From IMG/VR virus record IMGVR_UViG_3300030060_005326: a DNA stretch of 64,000 bases, one strand, 5' to 3'. Of this stretch, positions 36,826 through 44,532 are shown in pieces. Under the pieces are notes generated by a model. That model had not been told where the DNA came from, did not search any database, and worked only from the letters and a program-made list of their open reading frames with translations. Within the stretch, counting starts at the first letter, position 1. Every line of letters begins with the position of its first letter. The translations under genes were made by a program, and so were the position numbers. The stretch comes from an uncultured virus (IMG/VR IMGVR_UViG_3300030060_005326) (taxonomy: Duplodnaviria > Heunggongvirae > Uroviricota > Caudoviricetes).

Positions 36826-37113
36826 TTATTTGTTAGAATAGTTTGCTTCGTAAAGCTCGACGGTGGCACGAGCAATGGCTTCGATCAGCTCACCTCGTTT
36901 TTGCAGGTCATCTCGGATCTTGTCCGCTTCCCATGTGTCTACGCAGCAGTCACCAAGTACCTCATCTGCTAGGTTGTAGAGATTTTGTCTCTCTTGTCCT
37001 TCTCGCACTACCAGCCTACCAGCGGTGGCTAATTCTCTGACAGTAAGTCCTGTCCATGTCTTGTGGTCGAGGCAAAGATCGACCTGTTCTGATTGTGTCA
37101 TTTCTGTATTCAT
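36826..37113 (-). CDS. hypothetical early protein
   Basis: 95 aa; A-rich leader. Confidence 0.65.
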   Translation of the reverse strand: MNTEMTQSEQVDLCLDHKTWTGLTVRELATAGRLVVREGQERQNLYNLADEVLGDCCVDTWEADKIRDDLQKRGELIEAIARATVELYEANYSNK

Positions 37114-37179
37114 TTTTTCGGTTCAGGTTTGTTGACTCCTGATTCCTGACCTCAAGGGGTAGGACCATTGAGATCAGAG

Positions 37180-37207
37180 TCAAGGTTCAAGGTTCAGGAT
37201 TCAGATT
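37180..37207. repeat. heptamer tandem array TCAAGGT TCAAGGT TCAGGAT TCAGATT
   Basis: Four 7-bp units read directly; same TCnnGnn register as the 39421-39597 arrays. Confidence 0.6.
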
Positions 37208-37422
37208 TCGTTTGCTCTGGCTTCGCTCTTTTCGAAAAGCTCCCACTCTTTGAGCTTCTTCTGTAGGTCATCCACCAGCTTGCCCATCTTGACAAGCTCC
37301 TCTGTAGCTTCACGTTTACCCTCATCTGTCCCATTAATCATTGCCATGGTATAAATTCGGGCGGCGTATTCCCAAGTCGGGGTCAGGTCAACGGTTTCGA
37401 TTTCGATTGTTTCTTTATTCAT
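37201..37422 (-). CDS. hypothetical early protein
   Basis: 73 aa; VDLTPTWE motif. Confidence 0.65.
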   Translation of the reverse strand: MNKETIEIETVDLTPTWEYAARIYTMAMINGTDEGKREATEELVKMGKLVDDLQKKLKEWELFEKSEARANEI

Positions 37423-37449
37423 CGGTTCTGTATTGTTCGGGTTGGTTGA

Positions 37450-37602
37450 TTAGTAGCCTCCTGTCAGGACTACGCAGATGTCGGGGCCATTCTGTGAGAG
37501 TGAAAAGGTGAGTCCATTTTCTGTCAGGTTCAGCAGGTAATTAGCTAGAGCCATAGCTTCGGAGGGTGTGCAAAGGTCAAACTTGAGTGATTTATTATCC
37601 AT
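37450..37602 (-). CDS. 50-aa hypothetical early protein (not in ORF track)
   Basis: MDNKSLKFDLCTPSEAMALANYLL...VVLTGGY; preceded by TAAATATC-ATG leader like its neighbours. Confidence 0.6.
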   Translation of the reverse strand: MDNKSLKFDLCTPSEAMALANYLLNLTENGLTFSLSQNGPDICVVLTGGY

Positions 37603-37621
37603 GATATTTAAGGGTCTGTAA

Positions 37622-37849
37622 TTAAAGCTCAGAAATCATTTCGTCGAGGGCAGGGATGTCCAAGTCCTTGTCTTCCCAAGCCGCACCGTCTGGTGTTTTT
37701 GGGATCTCAAACTCTGTCATAATATTAACGAAATCAGAGTAAGTCGGGGTTTCTTTGGCTGCCGTATAAAGGCTCTCGTCGTTTTGAATCCAGAGGGCGA
37801 CATTCCAAGTTGCCCAGTTTTTCCATCCATTGTAGGTAGTAGTTTGCAT
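37622..37849 (-). CDS. conserved small phage protein (YNGWKNWATWNVALW family)
   Basis: YNGW.N..TW...LWI.NDE motif familiar from small early phage proteins. Confidence 0.75.
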   Translation of the reverse strand: MQTTTYNGWKNWATWNVALWIQNDESLYTAAKETPTYSDFVNIMTEFEIPKTPDGAAWEDKDLDIPALDEMISEL

Positions 37850-37892
37850 GATATTTAGGTATTCAGGTTTGTTAATGTTGGTTTAGTATTTC

Positions 37893-38147
37893 TTAGAATT
37901 CTACTGCTGTGTTGCACTCGTTATTGAGAGCGGTGCAAAGCTCGGTTTTATTGGCGAGTTTCACCCTTTCAAATCCTGCCGAATCCATCACGGCACGATA
38001 AGCTTTCTCTTCCTCTCCATGATCCGCTGCTCTGACTTCCCAGATGGCGGCTTTCTCAACTGCTGCGACTGCTGCTTTCATGGTCGGAAAATAGCAACCC
38101 CGCTCTTGTTCTTCTCTCGGTGTATATGTGGCGTATATGATTGTCAT
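37893..38147 (-). CDS. hypothetical early protein
   Basis: 84 aa; GATACC-ATG leader. Confidence 0.65.
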   Translation of the reverse strand: MTIIYATYTPREEQERGCYFPTMKAAVAAVEKAAIWEVRAADHGEEEKAYRAVMDSAGFERVKLANKTELCTALNNECNTAVEF

Positions 38148-38167
38148 GGTATCTTGATTTTCTACGT

Positions 38168-38362
38168 TTAGCTGTAAATTTCAGGGTCAGGTGGGGTCGT
38201 GGTCGGGGTCGAGGTGATCCGTATTTTGCGGTAGCCTTCGTCCTTCCAACATTCGCCCTCGATTCTTTTCTCGGATGTGCAATCGCTCTTTTCGTAGGAC
38301 CCGAAAAGGATTTCCTCCTCTCCGTCGATTGTGCCTCTGACTTCGTAATAGGTATATTTCAT
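38168..38362 (-). CDS. hypothetical early protein
   Basis: 64 aa; TAAATACCTAAATACC-ATG leader. Confidence 0.65.
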   Translation of the reverse strand: MKYTYYEVRGTIDGEEEILFGSYEKSDCTSEKRIEGECWKDEGYRKIRITSTPTTTPPDPEIYS

Positions 38363-38375
38363 GGTATTTAGGTAT

Positions 38376-38576
38376 TTAAGTTAAGTGATCGAAACCAAAA
38401 CTGGTATCTACGTCTGGATAACCTAGCTCTCCAAGGAGGTCGGAAAGCGCCTTTGCTGATGGCACAAAGGCCAATATTCTGTCCTCTCCTTTGTAGGTAA
38501 TGGCGGCATATACTCCCTTCCCAGTAGATTCGTTAGAAGACGAACGGGAGGCTAGATGAATGTCGAATGCTTTCAT
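38376..38576 (-). CDS. hypothetical early protein
   Basis: 66 aa; CTGAATACCTAAATACC-ATG leader. Confidence 0.65.
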   Translation of the reverse strand: MKAFDIHLASRSSSNESTGKGVYAAITYKGEDRILAFVPSAKALSDLLGELGYPDVDTSFGFDHLT

Positions 38577-38609
38577 GGTATTTAGGTATTCAGGTGGTGA
38601 TCGGTGTGA

Positions 38610-39056
38610 TTAGATGTGAACAATGTGAGGGTGCCCATTCTCGTGAGCTTCGAGGGCAAGGTCTCTGCTGCTTTCCTCAATGTCCTCGGCAGAGGATGGC
38701 TTCTCAACGTGCCACCATTGGTGCCCTTCGGCTGCTTCCATGTAATCATCAGCCCATTTACTAACGTGGGCAAAGGTGGCAGGAAGCAGGGTTACTCGGT
38801 TGTCCCACTGGGCCATGTCACAATCTCGCCCCCCGAAAACAACTGCAACCTTTCCATTCTCCGCTGATTCATGGATAGCTGAAACTATCGCTTCCTTCCG
38901 TTTGAAAGGGTCCGCTGTCCCCAGATTTTTTAACATCATTGTACCGATACGGTGGAGATGTGTTTTTACTTCGGATTCTGACAGCAGCGCCTTCTCTCTG
39001 AGATTGGTTGCCAAACCATGAATCTCGGCGGTCGATAGAGCAAATTTGATTTTCAT
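38610..39056 (-). CDS. first early protein, hypothetical
   Basis: 148 aa; downstream of promoter 39128-39101. Confidence 0.7.
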   Translation of the reverse strand: MKIKFALSTAEIHGLATNLREKALLSESEVKTHLHRIGTMMLKNLGTADPFKRKEAIVSAIHESAENGKVAVVFGGRDCDMAQWDNRVTLLPATFAHVSKWADDYMEAAEGHQWWHVEKPSSAEDIEESSRDLALEAHENGHPHIVHI

Positions 39057-39100
39057 TTTCAGGTATTCAGTTGTGAGCGGCAGCGCCGCCCGATGAAAAG

Positions 39101-39128
39101 AACATAGAGAGGTGGTTCTGTTTTACAA
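39101..39128 (-). promoter_or_regulatory. early promoter TTGTAA-16-TATGTT
   Basis: Heads the minus-strand early operon; followed by 7-bp hairpin GGGCGGC-GCT-GCCGCTC; same hexamers recur at 48645-48673. Confidence 0.6.
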
Positions 39129-39306
39129 GCATTTTGTGATAAATAATCAGAGAAATGTTCGATTCTTTTTGAGACAAGAAATCGTGCATATTTCAGGAAT
39201 TTGGCCGTAATCGCTCCAGAATCGATTCTGAGAGGGTCGGGGTCGTTTGCTTGTCTGTATTCAAGAATTTGATTGAGGCAGAGCCTGAGAGATCCTGAAG
39301 CTTAGG

Positions 39307-39331
39307 TAACTCCTTGATCCTCAATCATTTA
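39307..39331. promoter_or_regulatory. dyad TAA-N4-TTGA-N3-TCAA-N4-TTA (IHF-like half sites)
   Basis: TAACTCCTTGATCCTCAATCATTTA; each half resembles WATCAANNNNTTR. Confidence 0.4.
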
Positions 39332-39380
39332 TGAAGTAGGCACAAAGTGCATACCGTCTGGGGTTCTGGTCCGCCCCAAC

Positions 39381-39396
39381 TGTTCCACATGGAACA
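39381..39396. promoter_or_regulatory. parS-like palindrome
   Basis: TGTTCCACATGGAACA; one mismatch to the parS variant TGTTCCACGTGGAACA. Confidence 0.65.
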
Positions 39397-39420
39397 CTGA
39401 CCCCGAATCTCTTTTCCTGC

Positions 39421-39597
39421 TCAGGGAGTCAGGATTCAGGAAGCAGGGTTCGGGATGGGTTGAGAAGGGGAGCAGGTAACGACCCTCGGCCCCTCCAAAT
39501 CTCGTGGGGTCCGCCGTGCATTCTGCCTCGGATCGTGCATCTTGAATCGTGGTTCCTGATTCGGGGTTCGGGTCTCAGGGTTCGGGGGTCGGGCTTC
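39421..39597. repeat. degenerate 7-bp arrays (candidate terminus/pac repeats)
   Basis: 39528-39597: ten consecutive nnGnnTC units; 39421-39456: TCAGGGAG TCAGGAT TCAGGAA GCAGGGT TCGGGAT. Confidence 0.7.
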
Positions 39598-39749
39598 TCC
39601 AAATCGACCGCAGGTCGCTAGATTTCTGGTTCGTGATACAGGCTGCACAATATATACAGTGTATACGCCACGGGGGGGTGGTCACTTTTTGTGGACGGAT
39701 GCACCTATAGTAGTATGTGTTTGGGAAAAAACTTGACTAAAATACCGAA

Positions 39750-40016
39750 GTGCATGAAATGTCTATGTATATGGACAAGGAATTAGATTATTACGCAAGG
39801 AATAGACAGGCGCGTAAGGACTATCAAAAAGACTACTACGCTAAGAACAAAGAAAGGATTCAGCGGAAAAGGAAGCTAGATGAAATCGCTGACCCAGAGA
39901 AGTTTCAAGCACGGAAAGATTACAACAAGTCTTACTACGAGAAGAACAAAGAGAAGATCCTCAAGAGGAGAGCGGAAGCCTATGCCGCAAAGAAGGCGCT
40001 CAAAAATAAATCCTAA
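39750..40016 (+). CDS. small basic protein with YYxKNKExI repeats
   Basis: YYARNRQ / YYAKNKERI / YYEKNKEKI repeats; start uncertain. Confidence 0.7.
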   Translation: MHEMSMYMDKELDYYARNRQARKDYQKDYYAKNKERIQRKRKLDEIADPEKFQARKDYNKSYYEKNKEKILKRRAEAYAAKKALKNKS

Positions 40017-40037
40017 AGTTTTCTTATATTAGACCTC

Positions 40038-40071
40038 TCTAGTTGTAATTTACAATAAGAGATATACATTA
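40038..40071 (+). promoter_or_regulatory. 34-bp repeat copy 1: dyad TTGTAA-T-TTACAA overlapping promoter TTGTAA-16-TACATT
   Basis: TCTAGTTGTAATTTACAATAAGAGATATACATTA; 33/34 identical to 41192-41225. Confidence 0.7.
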
Positions 40072-40115
40072 CAGAAAAACTTCCAGTCTGCTTTTATGAC
40101 CCTCTCTTCGGTGAA

Positions 40116-40143
40116 TTGACTATTACTCTGCTTATGGTAGTGT
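40116..40143 (+). promoter_or_regulatory. promoter TTGACT-16-TAGTGT with TG extension (leaderless)
   Basis: ATG 40151 is 7 nt after the -10 hexamer. Confidence 0.5.
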
Positions 40144-40150
40144 TTTAGCT

Positions 40151-40423
40151 ATGTCAGATAAGGCTAGTCTTCGAAAACGTCTGCTTAAACAAGCTGGAGT
40201 TTCTGGTATGGGCAAAGCAAAGAGGACACCCAATCATAAAACGAAGTCTCACGTAGTAGTAGCCAACTGCAATGGCAAGCCGAAGTTGATACGGTTCGGG
40301 GAGCAGGGGGCGAAGACGAATCAAAACGCTAAACAACGGAAAGCTTTTAAAAGCAGACACCGTAAAAACATCGCCAAAGGACCATGCTCCGCTGCGTATT
40401 GGGCTAATAAAGTTAAGTGGTGA
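40151..40423 (+). CDS. small basic conserved phage protein
   Basis: KRTPNHKTKSHVV...KLIRFGEQGA...FKSRH...SAAYWANKVKW. Confidence 0.8.
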   Translation: MSDKASLRKRLLKQAGVSGMGKAKRTPNHKTKSHVVVANCNGKPKLIRFGEQGAKTNQNAKQRKAFKSRHRKNIAKGPCSAAYWANKVKW

Positions 40424-40608
40424 TGAAGAAAAAGAAATCTAAGTCTAGGGTTAACGAAGCAGGGAACTACACCAAGCCCACTATGCGTAAACGATTATTT
40501 GAGCGCATCAAGGCTGGATCAAAAGGGGGACCAAGTGGAGTGTGGTCAGCGAGAAAAGCGCAGATGCTTGCGCGTGAATATAAAGCAAAGGGGGGAGGAT
40601 ACAGGTAA
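40423..40608 (+). CDS. small basic conserved phage protein
   Basis: SRVNEAGNYTKPTMRKRLFERIKAG...WSARKAQMLA; TGATG coupling. Confidence 0.8.
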   Translation: MKKKKSKSRVNEAGNYTKPTMRKRLFERIKAGSKGGPSGVWSARKAQMLAREYKAKGGGYR

Positions 40609-40886
40609 TGGCTCTCAAGAAATCACAGAAGTCTCTCAAAAACTGGACTAAGCAGAAGTGGAGGACGAAAAGCGGGAAGAAGTCTTCAGAAACTGGAGAG
40701 CGTTATTTGCCCGAAAAAGCCATAAAATCTTTATCCGCTTCAGAATATGCTGCGGGAACCAGAAGAAAACGAAAAGCTATGAAGCAAGGGAAAACAAAAG
40801 CCAAATATACAGAAGCAGAAGCAAAAGCCTTTTTGAGGGCTACTAACAAGAAGCGTAAAAAGAAAACTAAGAAGAAGGGTGGCTGA
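40608..40886 (+). CDS. small basic conserved phage protein (DUF5872-like)
   Basis: SLKNWTKQKWRTKSGK...GERYLPEKAIKSLS; TAATG coupling. Confidence 0.8.
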   Translation: MALKKSQKSLKNWTKQKWRTKSGKKSSETGERYLPEKAIKSLSASEYAAGTRRKRKAMKQGKTKAKYTEAEAKAFLRATNKKRKKKTKKKGG

Positions 40887-41181
40887 AAATAACCAGACAA
40901 AGAACATAGGTCTTTATGTTGGGTTAGCAGCTCAGGCTGCGGGAATCGTGTGGTGGGCTTCAAACTTGAACTCACAAGTGCAGCACAACGACTTTCAGAT
41001 ACAGATGGTGCTGAAAGACGTAAACAAGAATTCAGATTTTGTGGAACTGTGGCCTGCTGGTAAATGGGGCAGTGGGGAGCTTCCGTCTGACACGGAGCAG
41101 GATTTATACATCTCAGAATTACAGAAGAAAGTAGATAAGCTGTATGACGAGATCTACCAGATCAAGGTAAACCCTCAGTAA
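40879..41181 (+). CDS. membrane-anchored coiled-coil protein
   Basis: IGLYVGLAAQAAGIVWWAS TM segment; GTG start. Confidence 0.65.
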   Translation: MAENNQTKNIGLYVGLAAQAAGIVWWASNLNSQVQHNDFQIQMVLKDVNKNSDFVELWPAGKWGSGELPSDTEQDLYISELQKKVDKLYDEIYQIKVNPQ

Positions 41182-41191
41182 TTATTCAATA

Positions 41192-41225
41192 TCTAGTTGT
41201 AATTTACAATTAGAGATATACATTA
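41192..41225 (+). promoter_or_regulatory. 34-bp repeat copy 2: dyad overlapping leaderless promoter TTGTAA-16-TACATT
   Basis: TCTAGTTGTAATTTACAATTAGAGATATACATTA; ATG 41231 is 6 nt after the -10 hexamer. Confidence 0.7.
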
Positions 41226-41230
41226 GGGGA

Positions 41231-41719
41231 ATGGATAGAGAAAACATTGTCCCCAAAGGATTCAAAAGAATACCCAGAGCTGCTGACAATTACGTGGTCT
41301 CAGGCTCAGGGTTCGTGTTTAATTTAAAAACAGGCAATCTGCTAAAACAGCATTGGAATGGTTACAGCACATACACCGTAATCCGTGACAAAGAAGGAAA
41401 GCAGTTTCGTTTTTGTTACGAGAAGATGGATCGACAGAACTACAAACCTTTAACGAAGGAGTGGGTTTTGGAGAAAGACGGTGCTAAGGTTGTCCCTGAA
41501 TATCCCGACTATGCTGTTTCATCATACGGGGCGGTATACATTATTAACCCTCGTCGAACAGGACCCCGTGCTGGGGAAGTCCACATGATAAGTGAGTTCG
41601 GGAAGCAGGGGCATCCTTATGTTAAGTTGGTAGACCCCAAAACCAAAAAACCCAGAGAAGTAAGGTTAGATAAACTAACCGAACAACTCTGGGGAGAAGA
41701 GAGCACGTATATGCCCTAA
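41231..41719 (+). CDS. protein with two NUMOD4-like repeats, no HNH motif
   Basis: FKRIPRAADNYVVSGSGFVFN and AKVVPEYPDYAVSSYGAVYI resemble NUMOD4 (W+.ipgyegYqVSn.GrV). Confidence 0.6.
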   Translation: MDRENIVPKGFKRIPRAADNYVVSGSGFVFNLKTGNLLKQHWNGYSTYTVIRDKEGKQFRFCYEKMDRQNYKPLTKEWVLEKDGAKVVPEYPDYAVSSYGAVYIINPRRTGPRAGEVHMISEFGKQGHPYVKLVDPKTKKPREVRLDKLTEQLWGEESTYMP

Positions 41720-41919
41720 CCTTTTGGAGCAGGTCGTGGAATCATTTCTAATCCAACACCTGCCTTGAATGGCATCGGCTGCACCTTAATCGTTCCTTCA
41801 AGATTTGAAGCAGGATTAGTGAATGGGATAGGCACGTTCCCTGACAAGTTAGTCGAGGAGCATGAAGCACCAAACAGGATGCAGGATACCGCTGCTGCGA
41901 TAATGGCAATATGTTTCAT
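41716..41919 (-). CDS. lipoprotein, possible superinfection-exclusion protein
   Basis: MKHIAIIAAAVSCILFGAS-C lipoprotein signal; lone antisense gene with candidate promoter TTGACA-16-TAGGCT (41956-41929). Confidence 0.7.
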   Translation of the reverse strand: MKHIAIIAAAVSCILFGASCSSTNLSGNVPIPFTNPASNLEGTIKVQPMPFKAGVGLEMIPRPAPKG

Positions 41920-41967
41920 AACCTAATCAGCCTAAAGAGCCGTTAGTCAATGTCAACTTCTAAACCG

Positions 41968-41996
41968 TTGACTAAAATGAAATTGACAAGTATTGT
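41968..41996 (+). promoter_or_regulatory. promoter TTGACT-17-TATTGT for head operon
   Basis: ATG 42006 is 9 nt after the -10 hexamer. Confidence 0.6.
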
Positions 41997-42005
41997 ATTT
42001 CGATA

Positions 42006-44231
42006 ATGAACCGTGATCACCCTTTAGAAATTGATGGTTTAGAATTAGATGCTCTCAATGAGAAGGGTAAACCTGTGGAAACCCGCCTTAAAGATGTAAA
42101 AAGTGCGGTATCTATTTTCAAAACTCTATTCAAAGCAGATGAGAAATCAGCAGTCAACCGAGCAAGAATCGACGCGATGTTTGACGGCGCGGCCCCTTAT
42201 AATCAGGGAAACCTCGTTACGAGCGGTCAACCGCTCAAAACAAACCTCAACTTCGGGGAAGCTCAAAGACTACTCGATATATCTCTATCTTCTTATGTGG
42301 ATCTTTACTCTAGTCTTGAGCGTCTTGTTGATGTAACGGGAACTATGGGGGAGAAGAGTGAGATAGCTCCCCTCGAAGATATTGTTGGTGATGAGTTAAC
42401 GCACTTGATGCGTTCTTGGCCTGAGTTCCATAGTGCATATCTTAGACTATGCACCACGTTCATTAAGCATGGAGTATCTATCGCTTACTTCGATACACCC
42501 GACGATTGGAAGTTTCGGGTTGGGGGATTCACTGACATTCTGATCCCAAGACAAACTCCAGCTAACGAAGACTGCATAGATGTTGCTATTGGTCGGCGGG
42601 AGTATTTGTTACACGAGCTATATGGTTTTATTAAGAACGAAGAAGCTGCTTCGAAGATAGGGTGGAACATTGAGGAAGTTAAAAGAGTCATAAGTAAGAA
42701 TGCTTCGACAAAGGGTCGTGGTCAGTCTAATGCGGGGATAACAGAGTTTGAAGCCCTACAGTCTGAGTTCAAGAACAACGACATCTATTCAGGAATCCAG
42801 AACCCTACAGTATCGGTTCTTCACTACTGGGTAAAAGAGATGGATGGATCTATAAGTCATTACATCTCCTGTGAGAATAATCCCAAAGACTTTCTGTATA
42901 AGAAAGTTTCTAGGTATCAGAATGCTGAACAGGCTTATATAATGTTCACCTATGGTGTAGGTTCTAATGGGACTTATCACTCTATCCGTGGATTAGGGCA
43001 GCGCATCTTCTCTCACATTCAAACTAGCAACCGTTTACGTTGTCAGCAGATTGATGGAGCTATGCTTTCTTCTGCTATTATGATTCAGCCAGAGAACCAG
43101 CGTTCTTTGGATGAGCTACAATTTACATATTATGGGGCATACGCAGTTATGTCTCCGAATGTTAAGATCGTTGAGAAAGCGATCCCGAATCTTGGAACTG
43201 CGGTTCAACCAGCGTTACAAGACATCACGAATCAGTTGCAACTAAACACTGATACCGTGAGCACCTATGGACCTAATCAGAGTTCACCATACAGGAACCA
43301 GATGCAGGTTACTTCTGATATTGATGTTACTAGTAGGTTGTCAGGTGCATCCCTAAACCTGTTTTATGCATCATGGACAAGGCTTCTTAGAGAAGTGGTT
43401 CGTCGTGTTGTGACAACTAAGAAGAGAGACAAATCGGTAAAAGATTTTTTCGAGCGTTGTGCGAAGCGTGGGGTTCCAGAACAATTCATTACATCTCTAG
43501 ATGTTGATCGGACTAAGGCGGTGAGATCTATTGGAAATGGTTCGATGGCAAATAGGATGGTAGCACTTCGCGAGTTGCAGGGTATCAGCGGACAGTTTGA
43601 CGATGTTGGTAGGCGCAACCTTACGAGAGACATTGTATCTACCAGAGTGGGCCATGATTTAGCTGATCGTTACGCCCCTGCTGAAACTGAGAAGCGACCA
43701 TCTATTGATGTTAAGATTGCATTCTTTGAGAATCAGCAATTGCAGCAAGGGCAGAATGTTCCTGTTGTTAGTAACGAGTTGCATGGAACTCATTTGGAGA
43801 TTCACGTTCCTGTTCTTAATCAATTGATCGAAGCGTTGAACACAGGCGAAGCAGATCCAATGCAGGTGTTGCCTATGTTGCAGAGTTTCTATCAGCACAT
43901 TAGCGACACTGCACAAGCCGCAGCGGGAGATCCTGCGTTGGAAGGATTGGTTTCCCAGACTAAGCAAGTTCTCCAGTTTGCTGAAGAAGCGATTAACAAC
44001 ACAATGAAAGCGGTGCAGAAAATGCAGCGTGAGCAAATGGAGCAAGAAGGTGTTGAGGGAGAACAAGCTGAAATGATGCAGCAAGATTCAAAGATGCAGG
44101 AGCATCAGGTAAAAATGCAGATCGCTCAGGAAAAAGCCGAGTTGGACATGGCTATTAAGCAGAAAAAACATGAACAAGAAATGGCTATACGAGACGCTAA
44201 AGCTGCCCTAGAGTTCAGAGAGAATTCTTAA
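42006..44231 (+). CDS. portal protein
   Basis: 741 aa; first gene of head operon; helical, with Gln/Glu-rich C-terminal tail like P22-type portals. Confidence 0.75.
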   Translation: MNRDHPLEIDGLELDALNEKGKPVETRLKDVKSAVSIFKTLFKADEKSAVNRARIDAMFDGAAPYNQGNLVTSGQPLKTNLNFGEAQRLLDISLSSYVDLYSSLERLVDVTGTMGEKSEIAPLEDIVGDELTHLMRSWPEFHSAYLRLCTTFIKHGVSIAYFDTPDDWKFRVGGFTDILIPRQTPANEDCIDVAIGRREYLLHELYGFIKNEEAASKIGWNIEEVKRVISKNASTKGRGQSNAGITEFEALQSEFKNNDIYSGIQNPTVSVLHYWVKEMDGSISHYISCENNPKDFLYKKVSRYQNAEQAYIMFTYGVGSNGTYHSIRGLGQRIFSHIQTSNRLRCQQIDGAMLSSAIMIQPENQRSLDELQFTYYGAYAVMSPNVKIVEKAIPNLGTAVQPALQDITNQLQLNTDTVSTYGPNQSSPYRNQMQVTSDIDVTSRLSGASLNLFYASWTRLLREVVRRVVTTKKRDKSVKDFFERCAKRGVPEQFITSLDVDRTKAVRSIGNGSMANRMVALRELQGISGQFDDVGRRNLTRDIVSTRVGHDLADRYAPAETEKRPSIDVKIAFFENQQLQQGQNVPVVSNELHGTHLEIHVPVLNQLIEALNTGEADPMQVLPMLQSFYQHISDTAQAAAGDPALEGLVSQTKQVLQFAEEAINNTMKAVQKMQREQMEQEGVEGEQAEMMQQDSKMQEHQVKMQIAQEKAELDMAIKQKKHEQEMAIRDAKAALEFRENS

Positions 44232-44234
44232 TTA

Positions 44235-44531
44235 ATGCCAAAACATCCTACTCCACCAGTATCACTAGCTAGATGGTTCGAAGACTTGAGTTCAGTTGAA
44301 GATCTCCGAACTATCCTTTCTAATCCTCACTTCAAGCAAGCTGTCGCTATTCTTAAAGAAGTAGCGGGGCCATCTTTTGGAAGTCTTCAACAGACTGAGC
44401 AAAACTCTCAAAGACTAGCATGGTATGCTGGATATAGAGATGCATTTAATGATCTTGAAAAATTGACAAAATTGCCTGAAGATAAGAGAAGTAATACAAC
44501 AACTCTTAACGAGTGGACCCATATAGAATAA
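44235..44531 (+). CDS. small head-module protein
   Basis: 98 aa between portal and scaffold. Confidence 0.65.
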   Translation: MPKHPTPPVSLARWFEDLSSVEDLRTILSNPHFKQAVAILKEVAGPSFGSLQQTEQNSQRLAWYAGYRDAFNDLEKLTKLPEDKRSNTTTLNEWTHIE

Positions 44532-44532
44532 A

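Noticed and set aside
39421..39597. CRISPR array or mini-array
   Set aside because: Units are 7-bp degenerate tandem repeats with no spacers; the 34-bp repeats at 40038/41192 are 1.1 kb apart with genes between
39436..39648. 70-aa minus-strand ORF in the non-coding hub
   Set aside because: Pro/Arg-rich translation of heptamer repeats; lies upstream of the early promoter
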